DNA of 64,000 nt, from IMG/VR virus record IMGVR_UViG_3300043432_000083, positions 1 to 64,000 of that record; one strand, 5' to 3'. Below are positions 56,228 through 64,000 of this stretch, in pieces. The notes under the pieces are model-generated. The model worked only from the letters and a program-made list of their open reading frames with translations, was not told where the DNA came from and made no database searches. Position 1 is the stretch's first letter. Each line of letters opens with the position of its first letter. This DNA comes from a virus. Its lineage: Duplodnaviria; Caudoviricetes. Both the position numbers and the translations under genes were made by a program.

Positions 56228-56316
56228 GAAAGAAGAACAGAAGCGGAGGGAGCACTGGGTACGACGCCCATCGTTGTGTCCTCGTTGTCGTGAGGCTGCG
56301 TCATGGCTCCCTCCGC
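56228..56316 (-). terminator. Terminator/attenuator-like structure after the major capsid gene
   Basis: 11-bp inverted repeat GCGGAGGGAGC (56243-53/56306-16) enclosing a 52-nt structured loop, followed on the - strand by TTCTGTTCTTCTTT. Confidence 0.5.
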
Positions 56317-56328
56317 CGCTATTTGTTG

Positions 56329-57330
56329 TTACGCCACCACCGAGCTCAGCAGATAGGTCAGCTGCGTTGCGGTGATCCGCTCGTCTTGGAAGTAGTTCAC
56401 CCGCTTGAGGCGGGCCTTGATGTCGTCGTCGTCCTTGGTCTCCACGAGGAAGTCCGTGAAGCCCTGCGGCCGCCACCGGAAGGCATACACGCCCGACGGC
56501 GTGTTCCTGGCGGGCCGATCTGCCGCCACAAACAGGCTGGCGTTCTTGCCCCAGATGAAGGTCATGCTCGACGCGCTGGTCGGCAGGCCCTCCGCCGCGT
56601 TCTGCTTCGGCGTTTTGCCCACAAAGTACCGACCCACCTGGAACACCGGCGCGATGACCGCCTCGATATTGCCAGCAGTGGCCACCTGCGCACCCTTGAC
56701 ACGGTCAATCATGTCGGGATGCAAGAGCAGCGAGTCATGCACTTCCTGTCCCACGACCATGGTGAATTTGCTCTGGCCGGTCTCCTTCATGATCCACAGC
56801 CGACCGGTCGTGACGTCCGAGACCGGGTCGCTGTTGGCACGATCCGACCACTGCGCGGTGCCAGTCAGGGCATTGCCAGACCCGACGTTCGCGGCGGTGG
56901 TCAGCAGATTCGCCACGCGATTCTCCATGTCTAACATCAGGAGCTGCATCACGTGACGGGCCGCACTCTCTTCAAGCGCCAGAGCTTCGTCGGCGTTGTC
57001 CAAATCCTCATACGCAATGAACTCCTCCAACGCATAGTTCTTGGCATAGTAGGTCGCGCTGGAGACCGCAGTTTCGACTCGGTTCGGGCGGGTGCCGCGA
57101 GCCCGGTTGGTGTCAGGCACCTTGAACCAATAATCCTTATCCCAGGTCCGGTATATATCAGACTGCTTGGCTACTGGAACCACCGGAATGATCTGCGGAG
57201 CCAAGAACTGACTGGGCTCCACATAGAACTGAATCGACATTTCGCTCAAGGGTGAATCGATGTGCCAGTCTGTGTCGCTGGCTGCGTATCGCCGCTCTGC
57301 GGAGAGGGCGGCCATTCGTGGATCACTCAT
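56329..57330 (-). CDS. Major capsid protein
   Basis: HIDSPLSEMS..FLAPQIIPVVPVAKQS..ENRVA..WSD..SDPV..WGK; position after protease and decoration genes. Confidence 0.9.
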   Translation of the reverse strand: MSDPRMAALSAERRYAASDTDWHIDSPLSEMSIQFYVEPSQFLAPQIIPVVPVAKQSDIYRTWDKDYWFKVPDTNRARGTRPNRVETAVSSATYYAKNYALEEFIAYEDLDNADEALALEESAARHVMQLLMLDMENRVANLLTTAANVGSGNALTGTAQWSDRANSDPVSDVTTGRLWIMKETGQSKFTMVVGQEVHDSLLLHPDMIDRVKGAQVATAGNIEAVIAPVFQVGRYFVGKTPKQNAAEGLPTSASSMTFIWGKNASLFVAADRPARNTPSGVYAFRWRPQGFTDFLVETKDDDDIKARLKRVNYFQDERITATQLTYLLSSVVA

Positions 57331-57352
57331 AATTAGTCGCTCCTTTCTCCGC

Positions 57353-57730
57353 TTACGCGGCGCCCGTCAGTTGAGGATTGAGGATCATCGAGAAGGTGCC
57401 CGATGCCACCACGCTCTCTCGTGCGGTCCCGGCATAGTTCGATCCTACCGCCGTGCGGAAGTAGCCCTGGGCGTCGCAGTCCAATCGGTCGCCCCGAGTG
57501 ATGGCGGCTCCGGCCACTGCCTTCGTGATGCCGCTCATCCGGACCCGAACCGTCCGGCCCGATCCTGCCTTGGTCTGCGTGACGCCGATGATCGCGCCGC
57601 CCGACAGACTCGTCACCCGCACCTGGTTGTCATTCACCGTCGATAGGCGAACGCCTCGGTACTGATGACTCGACAAATCCCATTCGGCCACTGCCGAGAA
57701 TTCCGGCATGCCACCAATGCTCTCAGCCAT
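57353..57730 (-). CDS. Capsid cement/decoration protein (DUF2190-like)
   Basis: IIGV..VRVRMSGITKAVAGAAITRGDRL..AGTARE. Confidence 0.82.
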   Translation of the reverse strand: MAESIGGMPEFSAVAEWDLSSHQYRGVRLSTVNDNQVRVTSLSGGAIIGVTQTKAGSGRTVRVRMSGITKAVAGAAITRGDRLDCDAQGYFRTAVGSNYAGTARESVVASGTFSMILNPQLTGAA

Positions 57731-57871
57731 CTCTTATATCCTAACCCACTCAGGGGCATTCATTGTCGCAATTCAATTTAGTGCTTTCTAAGTCCCTACG
57801 AATTCTGTCCGATACGGACAGCCTGAAATCCTATCGACCTGCGACACGCAGATCAATTCCATACCTAGTCC

Positions 57872-59509
57872 CTATTTCTTGAACATCCGACCCATGCGGG
57901 CCGCTCCAGCATCCTGCTTGGCCTGTCCTTGCGGCGTGATACCCGCCGCCATGTCCTTCAGGTCCGGATTGGCGTCATAGATCGCCTTCAGCGCCACGCT
58001 GAACACCTTCTCATTCTTGTCCTTCATGTACTGTTTGGCCTGCTTGGTCGCTTCGGCCTTCGCCTCAGACGGTCGCAGCAGCTCAAGAGTCCCAGGCTGG
58101 CCCGCCGTCTCGGTCGCCTCGCCGCTGGACAGCTCCTTGAACAGGAAGGTCCCAGGCTTGCGCGACTCGAACAGCGACTTCAGGGCGTCCAGGTTGGACA
58201 GCTCCTTGCCGTTCTGCGAATAGGCTTTGACCTGCCCACCGGAGAGTGTGTCATACAAATGCTCGACGATGGGCCGCTCAACCGGGAGGATCTTCAGATT
58301 GGACTCACTGGTCAGGGAGCTGAACCACGACTCCTTCTCGGTGACGCGGTTCCGCTCGGCCAGCTCCGCCTTTTCCTTCTCCAGCTCGACCACGCGCTGC
58401 TGGGCGGAGGTTTCCTTCTGGCTCAGCTCAGTGACCCTGGTGGAATGCTCCTGAATGGTGTCCGACAGTTCTTGATTCTTGTTCGTGAGTTCCGCGATCT
58501 GGGCCTGCAATGCCTCGACCGTCGGAGTCTGTCCGTCAGCCATTGCGTGTGCTCCTTCCGTCGGGGCAGATGCGCCCACTGGGGTTGTGTCCGGGCCTAA
58601 TTCGCCATCGGACTGCATGTTGTTTTTCGCTTTGCTGATCTGTATGGCTTTCTCCTGTGCTTGCGCCTCTGCTTCCGAACTATGGGTACCCAAGACCTTA
58701 CCGGTAGACTCAGAGATCAGCACCCACTTGTCTCCTTGCTGCTCAATAATGTATCGCCTTTCTGCCTGTTGTCCAAATATCTGAAAGGCTTCGTCTGGTT
58801 CATAGAGATCGCAGACCTGTCCCGAGGCACATTCCCCTTCCACCAAAGAGCAGCAGGCAATATATTGATTTGTGCCCTTGGGATCGGAAGGCCCACAAAA
58901 GAATTCACAATTGCCGCAGCAATCCATCAACCCATCATCATTTGCATCCTCGCCGCCTGCTCGATAATGAACTACGGCTTTGTCCTTCTTGTTAACAGTA
59001 ACTGGAAGCGACCATTGCGCGGTGGATGGGGCAGACCCGTCCATCATGCCCATGTCATACCGCTTGAACGGACGCTGCTCGCCATCGTACAGCGTCTCCA
59101 ATGCCGCGAGGCTGGTCACAGCCGGGATGTCCGCGCCAAGCAGTGAGAGCGCCTTGACAACCCGTGGCCATGTCTTGCCATTGCAACTGTAGTCCCAATA
59201 TATCTCTGCCGACACCCTATTGTATGCGCGCCGTTTGATCGCTTGGTACACCTGCTTCGGCAGATCGGTCAGGTCGCAGTAGAGCTTGTCCCCGATGCGC
59301 CGGAGGTTCCTCACCCAGCCGATGGCAGGCATCCCGTCCGACTGGGCCAAGGGCTGTGAGGCATCGTGCCCCAGCTTCATCGGCGGATCGAATCCGACCT
59401 GTCCGAAGGCAGCGACCATATGGTCCAGATCCTGCTCGGAATAAACATCACGATTCCACGTGCCAACGCTGAAGATGGGCACCTGTTTTAGCTCAAAGGT
59501 TTCACTCAC
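57872..59509 (-). CDS. Mu-type prohead protease/scaffold with a Cys-rich insertion
   Basis: IFSVGTW..KLGH..PAIGWV..VSAEIY..SLLGADIPAV; C-terminal coiled coil. Confidence 0.88.
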   Translation of the reverse strand: MSETFELKQVPIFSVGTWNRDVYSEQDLDHMVAAFGQVGFDPPMKLGHDASQPLAQSDGMPAIGWVRNLRRIGDKLYCDLTDLPKQVYQAIKRRAYNRVSAEIYWDYSCNGKTWPRVVKALSLLGADIPAVTSLAALETLYDGEQRPFKRYDMGMMDGSAPSTAQWSLPVTVNKKDKAVVHYRAGGEDANDDGLMDCCGNCEFFCGPSDPKGTNQYIACCSLVEGECASGQVCDLYEPDEAFQIFGQQAERRYIIEQQGDKWVLISESTGKVLGTHSSEAEAQAQEKAIQISKAKNNMQSDGELGPDTTPVGASAPTEGAHAMADGQTPTVEALQAQIAELTNKNQELSDTIQEHSTRVTELSQKETSAQQRVVELEKEKAELAERNRVTEKESWFSSLTSESNLKILPVERPIVEHLYDTLSGGQVKAYSQNGKELSNLDALKSLFESRKPGTFLFKELSSGEATETAGQPGTLELLRPSEAKAEATKQAKQYMKDKNEKVFSVALKAIYDANPDLKDMAAGITPQGQAKQDAGAARMGRMFKK

Positions 59510-59829
59510 CCTCTGTCCTCCTCAGCCAGCCTCGGCATCAGTCGCACTCTTGCACCCTCAATCGCTGAGGAGCTTTCAACGGATCGTCGCAGTAACTTGT
59601 CGCGCATCACTCTGTTGCTCAGATAGTGATTGGTCTCGATCCATGGCTGAAGAATCGCGGTCGGCGCGGACGCAGGACAGGACCCCGTGGCCTGGTCCGA
59701 CAAACACATAGGGGAGGAGGCGGCATAGGGAAGGATGCCGACCTGTCCTGCCGCCGACAGCGTAGTCCTCTCACTCATGCGAAGCACTGAGTCCACTGCA
59801 TTACCAACTCCACCTCCGCCACCGACGAC

Positions 59830-60015
59830 TCATCTTCGGTTTGCCTCTTTCTCCGTCTGCTCCCATGGATTGTGCACCCTGACACCCCGGTCCACGGTCG
59901 TCCCTGCAAGCTGCGTCTTGCCACACTTCCCACATCGTACACCAGGCTTGCCGCCGATCCAGGTGCGGGAGAATCGACCGCCGCAATTGCTATGCACTGT
60001 CCCTGGTGAGGCCAT
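59830..60015 (-). CDS. Small zinc-ribbon protein
   Basis: HSNCGG..RCGKCG; SD GGAGG. Confidence 0.55.
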   Translation of the reverse strand: MASPGTVHSNCGGRFSRTWIGGKPGVRCGKCGKTQLAGTTVDRGVRVHNPWEQTEKEANRR

Positions 60016-60016
60016 C

Positions 60017-60283
60017 TTAACATCCCTCCTTCTCGCCCAACTCGTCTGGAGTGATCTTGCCATACTCTAACACTGGTTTGTCGAATGCCTGCGTGATGTA
60101 CAGCAGATCGTCCTTGAGCTCCTCTAAACTGTCTGCGCACAGCGGGATCGGCTCCTCGGTATAGCTACAAATGCTACCATCGTCATCGTCATAATAAACT
60201 TCATGGATGCCGTAGTGCTCGATCTCATCTGGGCTGATCTCGCTCCGCAGATAGCGATGAAGAATGCGATAGTTCCACGTCAT
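60017..60283 (-). CDS. Conserved hypothetical phage protein
   Basis: MTWNYRI..YGIHEVYYD..EEL..AFDKPVL. Confidence 0.75.
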   Translation of the reverse strand: MTWNYRILHRYLRSEISPDEIEHYGIHEVYYDDDDGSICSYTEEPIPLCADSLEELKDDLLYITQAFDKPVLEYGKITPDELGEKEGC

Positions 60284-61158
60284 ACCGCACCATGTGCAGC
60301 GATATGGACGTTGCAAGGCGCTTGGCTGGTTCGATCCCAGCAATTCGAGCAGACTGGATAGCCCTGTACCATAGCATAATCCTCCTGAAGTTCTATGTGT
60401 CGATAACAACGCGAACAGCCCGGCATGATGACAGAGTCTTGCAATCCTTTTGGCTCTACCACCGCCAGCAATTCCTTCGGCAAGACCATCCGCGCCACGT
60501 CCCCGAACTGCTCAATCAAGAACGCGGCTTCTCGGAGACGTTTGGCTTGGTGTCGAGAAACATCATAATAGGCATCCTCCGCCCCGAACCGGCTCCGATC
60601 TGCCTGTTGTCCTGGCTGCACCCCGTCCTGCGCCCACGGTGCTTTCGTATGTCGGACAATCACGGCATCTGTTTTTGCGCAGCGCCATCCCTTCGCCCGC
60701 GCTTGCAAACTGAGGTATAGATCGTCCAAGGTCTGCACCCTCACATCAGGCTCAATCCCACTTTCCCGATCTATCACCATGCAGAACCCGCAGCAGTAGG
60801 CCAGCTCCAGCGTGGAGTCTATCAACATCGCTTCTGGAATCTTCTCGTCATGCTTAATCGCCTCTGCTGGATTCAGCAAGGCAATGTTCGGAAGGGCTGA
60901 CATGCGACAGATCAGATTAACCAGCCAGCCGTCATGCAGCACCTCTGCATCATCTTCAATAAGGCACAGATAACGGGCTTGTGACCGGCGGAACAGGCGA
61001 ATGCGCTTCTCGACTTTCGTCAGTTGCTCCCCCTTTTCGATATACACATCGGCCAGCATCCCCGCTGAGATGGTTTCGAGGGACTTGAGTAGTCGAGCGA
61101 GCCAGGGATTGCTCTCGGAGTCCCGCACGCTGATCCCGATGTCCACGAGGTTCGGCAC
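60280..61158 (-). CDS. Glycosyltransferase family 2-like
   Basis: YLCLIEDDAEV..GWL..GFCMVI..DDLYLSLQARAKGW..VRH. Confidence 0.7.
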   Translation of the reverse strand: MPNLVDIGISVRDSESNPWLARLLKSLETISAGMLADVYIEKGEQLTKVEKRIRLFRRSQARYLCLIEDDAEVLHDGWLVNLICRMSALPNIALLNPAEAIKHDEKIPEAMLIDSTLELAYCCGFCMVIDRESGIEPDVRVQTLDDLYLSLQARAKGWRCAKTDAVIVRHTKAPWAQDGVQPGQQADRSRFGAEDAYYDVSRHQAKRLREAAFLIEQFGDVARMVLPKELLAVVEPKGLQDSVIMPGCSRCYRHIELQEDYAMVQGYPVCSNCWDRTSQAPCNVHIAAHGAV

Positions 61159-61319
61159 TAGTCTGATTCCTTATCTAGTGCCAGCACTGTGTCCCCTTCC
61201 TCATCGTCATCCTCATCCTCCAGTCCGATACTGGCATCCACCTCTTGGTCGAAGCTCGCTTGTGCCAACAGGTCCCGCGTCTCCTCCATCTGATCTAATT
61301 CCACCAATAACTCCATCAT
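61158..61319 (-). CDS. Highly acidic 53-aa protein (absent from ORF track)
   Basis: MMELLVELDQMEETRDLLAQASFDQEVDASIGLEDEDDDEEGDTVLALDKESD; SD GGGAGGGG; 21 D/E versus 2 K/R. Confidence 0.65.
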   Translation of the reverse strand: MMELLVELDQMEETRDLLAQASFDQEVDASIGLEDEDDDEEGDTVLALDKESD

Positions 61320-61326
61320 CCCCTCC

Positions 61327-64000
61327 CTATGCCGCCTTCAACACAGTGATGCCGAACTTGTGCTCTATCGGCGCCCAGACTATCGGATTGATGTAAGCGC
61401 TCTTCGCCACCGACGGCGTGTTCCGCAGTGTGCTGGACACTTGCTTCGCGACATTGGCGACCAGTTTCTTCGCCTCGGTCTTGGTCGTCGGTGGAGGGGC
61501 AGACTTCAAGGCTCGTTGCGCCACGCTGGTCCCGATCAGTGTGCGTAGGTCCTTCGCAGAGCATTTGCCATATCCCTTGAGATAGCCATTGACCTGTCCT
61601 GCCGAAACCGAAAAGACTTTGTCGGAACCCGACTTACCTACCAAGCGGGATCCGATGGCTGAAGCCAATGTTGGATCGGTGATCGTTCCTTGCCATGCCA
61701 TCCCTTTCTTGCCGATGAAGTCGAATTTCACAATGTCTCCAGTGACTGTTAAGTGTCGAGCTTCCAAGGTTGTGGCGCCATACGCTTTGACATTGGCCTG
61801 GGTGTCGGCATCTGAGCCGACGCGCATCGCGGTCGCCAATATCAAGCCGGTGACCACCGCCTCCTCTTTGCCTTTGGCCAGGTCTTGCTCGACGCCCCGC
61901 ACCAGCTTCGGATAGACCTTGCTCAGCTCCGCCACCCGCTGGAACTTCGCCGCCGCCCGCTCTCCGGTCGCCTTGGTGCTGTAGAGATACTGCTGACGAC
62001 CTTTGCTGTCAATGCCAGTGGCTTGCAAAGCACTATTCGGATTATCGCTCACTTCCACACCAGTCCATTGCGGTGGAATATGCAGTGCTTTAATCCGATC
62101 CAAGGCGTCTCTATCAGTGATAACCTGCCCGTCCCCGCCCACGAAGGCGCGTCCGCCGACCTGATACTCATCGCTGACAGCAGCTCCGGCTCCCTCAACG
62201 GCGGTCCACTTGCCTGACTCGTCACGTGCCTGATCCGGGTTGAAGTCGTAGTCCCGCGAGGCGTGATCGCCGCAGAAGCCGCGTCCAGACAGCTCGATGC
62301 CCTTGGCTACTTCAGACGGCGTGATGTACTGCACAGGCCCCTCGTCGCGGGTGATGGGCGTCCATAGGCTTCGGCAGTTGTAATGGCGCGGTGGGCTGAG
62401 TCGATCTTCTTCTGGACTCCCTGGCCGCATGATCTTCTGATCCAGATAGTGACAGACCTCGGTGGTCCTGGCATCCAAGATCGCGCTGTACTGCATTCCG
62501 ATAATGAAGCCCGACTCGACCTCCGGCGCAAACATCGCCTTCCGGCCCTCGTTGAGCGCCTCGATGGTGTTGGTCCGCACCATTGTCTCCAGCCGGTACG
62601 GGGTCAGCAGCTTCTCGTCGATGGCCTGATCCGGGTCTCCCAGCCAGGGCAGGAACACATCGGACAGGGCCTGCTGCACGTCCCGCAGCGGGAGACCCTG
62701 CTTGATCGCGTCGTACAGCACAGCTTTGGCGTCGGACAGGATCGGGTCGCGGAGCTGGGCACCCCACAGGGACGCTTTGGACTCGAAGAACTCCAACGCC
62801 TTCTCCGGCGGCAGGCCCTCCAGGGTATGGCGGACTTGATAGTCCTTCGCCTTCTGCCGCTTCAGCTCAGCTTGGGCATCCTTGCCACCCATGCGGAATG
62901 CCGCCCCCAGCACCTCCCGCAGCGTCGGCACCAACTGACCCAAGCCCCGCAGCTCCAGGTCATTGACCAGTTTGGTCGTCAGCTCCTTGCCGTTCAGCTT
63001 GCGGGTGATGAGGGCGATCAGCTTGTCCCGGCCCTGTGCCAAGATCGCACGGATACGCTGCTTGGACTGGGCCTCCAGCGCGTCCAGGTTGGTCCGAATA
63101 GCAACGAAGTCTACTTTGCGCTCATATTGGGTCAGGTCGCGGGGCAGGTCGGGAATGTCGGCGTAGTCGTGCTCATCACTTTCAGTATTGCTTCCTCCGC
63201 CATCCATCCACTTGCCACTGTCATCCCTAGCTTGGTTGGGGTCGAAGTCGTACTGCTTTTTTACTTTCAAGCCTTTTGCAGATACAAGAACTTCCTTATC
63301 CCCGCCTGCATTCAGATTTCCACTACTATATGCAGACAACAGAATATTTTTGATGGGGACCTTCATTGCAACGACTATTCCTTTTTTGCCGGCATATTGT
63401 TTCGCTATTCGCAAACTTGATGTCCAAGATTCTACCGGATATCGAGTTTGCAGCACTTGCTTCACATCTTCAACCTTTCCAATTCCTCGATATAATACAA
63501 TAGATTGTATTTTACCTCCTTCAGACATTCGCCATTGAGTATAAGCTATTCTCTTTATTGCATGGTCGGCTAATTTATCAAAATAGCGTTTACCCAATTG
63601 AGTCTTTCCCATAGTCCCTAGCAATGGAGAGCTGGCCCCGCGAGGCGTTCCTATATGTCCACCAACTAATTTCTCAAATTCATGATATGTCTTATCCTGT
63701 GTTAATTCATTAAATAATTGATCCCTCCTATCCGAGGAATACCGACCAAAACTTTTATACGCAGCTTCTATTCTATCTGAATTGATAAGGAGTAGGTGAG
63801 AATCTTGCCAGTTCTTGCCTACACCTTTCTCTTCGCTGCCTACACCACTACCACCACCCTCGGTCCACTTCCCATCCTCATCCCTGGCCTGGTCCGGATC
63901 GAAGTCGTACTGCTTGCCAGTCAACCGCTTCTTCAGCTCGGCCTTGACCTGCTCGGCGTCCCAGTCGGGATGCTCAACCACGATGGCCTGCGCCAACTTG
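61327..64000 (-). CDS. MuF head morphogenesis polyprotein (5'-truncated): ART-like domain, MuF domain, DNA topoisomerase IB domain
   Basis: ART: VLYRG/ESWTSS/KEVLV; MuF: RLETMVRTN..YSAILDARTTEVC..PPRHYNCRS; TopoIB: IPPQW, GIDSKGRQQYLY, MRVG, FIGKKG, AKDLRT, LRNTPSVAKSAYI; frame open to the window edge. Confidence 0.9.
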   Translation of the reverse strand, partial: KLAQAIVVEHPDWDAEQVKAELKKRLTGKQYDFDPDQARDEDGKWTEGGGSGVGSEEKGVGKNWQDSHLLLINSDRIEAAYKSFGRYSSDRRDQLFNELTQDKTYHEFEKLVGGHIGTPRGASSPLLGTMGKTQLGKRYFDKLADHAIKRIAYTQWRMSEGGKIQSIVLYRGIGKVEDVKQVLQTRYPVESWTSSLRIAKQYAGKKGIVVAMKVPIKNILLSAYSSGNLNAGGDKEVLVSAKGLKVKKQYDFDPNQARDDSGKWMDGGGSNTESDEHDYADIPDLPRDLTQYERKVDFVAIRTNLDALEAQSKQRIRAILAQGRDKLIALITRKLNGKELTTKLVNDLELRGLGQLVPTLREVLGAAFRMGGKDAQAELKRQKAKDYQVRHTLEGLPPEKALEFFESKASLWGAQLRDPILSDAKAVLYDAIKQGLPLRDVQQALSDVFLPWLGDPDQAIDEKLLTPYRLETMVRTNTIEALNEGRKAMFAPEVESGFIIGMQYSAILDARTTEVCHYLDQKIMRPGSPEEDRLSPPRHYNCRSLWTPITRDEGPVQYITPSEVAKGIELSGRGFCGDHASRDYDFNPDQARDESGKWTAVEGAGAAVSDEYQVGGRAFVGGDGQVITDRDALDRIKALHIPPQWTGVEVSDNPNSALQATGIDSKGRQQYLYSTKATGERAAAKFQRVAELSKVYPKLVRGVEQDLAKGKEEAVVTGLILATAMRVGSDADTQANVKAYGATTLEARHLTVTGDIVKFDFIGKKGMAWQGTITDPTLASAIGSRLVGKSGSDKVFSVSAGQVNGYLKGYGKCSAKDLRTLIGTSVAQRALKSAPPPTTKTEAKKLVANVAKQVSSTLRNTPSVAKSAYINPIVWAPIEHKFGITVLKAA
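62203..63915 (-). repeat. Three dispersed YDFxPxQARDxxGKW repeats (62203-62253, 63205-63258, 63862-63915)
   Basis: YDFDPDQARDEDGKWT / YDFDPNQARDDSGKWM / YDFNPDQARDESGKWT; similar at DNA level. Confidence 0.9.

Noticed and set aside
55904-56476. Capsid C-terminal extension by frameshift into the overlapping 190-aa ORF
   Set aside because: No slippery site seen; the ORF has its own SD and ATG at 56209 and a terminator-like structure lies in between.
62383-63420. Long opposite-strand or off-frame ORFs (e.g. 62383-63420, 53863-54825, 28943-29893, 20372-21253, 7720-8427)
   Set aside because: Shadow ORFs of GC-rich real genes, with no RBS or recognisable motifs.
1-64000. Genome-wide stop-codon reassignment
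   Set aside because: TAA, TAG and TGA all terminate well-formed genes, and long genes are intact under the standard code.
1-64000. CRISPR array, DGR/retron reverse transcriptase, integrase, transposase, terminase, portal
   Set aside because: No regularly spaced repeats and none of the diagnostic motifs were seen; terminase and portal probably lie beyond 64000.

Overview
The window is a large fragment of a tailed dsDNA bacteriophage or prophage, siphovirus-like with Mu-type head genes. It has two converging arms. The + strand arm (1 to ~18,020) is an early/accessory region of many short ORFs. It carries a HARP/SNF2 helicase, a Ycf46-like AAA+ ATPase module with DUF3150-, DUF1257- and DUF2997-like partners, a sigma-factor-like protein and HTH regulators. 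It also carries two intergenic hammerhead ribozymes and a tRNA-shaped RNA (UUA anticodon) whose T-loop is replaced by a 146-nt hairpin encoding a 39-aa hydrophobic peptide. The - strand arm (64,000 down to ~18,130) is the late operon. In order it encodes a MuF head protein fused to an ADP-ribosyltransferase-like and a topoisomerase IB domain (5'-truncated by the window), prohead protease/scaffold, decoration protein, major capsid, a ~14-kb nucleotide-sugar/glycosyltransferase island, neck, tail tube, frameshifted chaperone, tape measure, tail tip and lysis genes. No terminase, portal, integrase, CRISPR array or rRNA is visible. Family names come from motif recognition by eye, not from database searches. 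Start codons were adjusted to the most plausible RBS or gene overlap.
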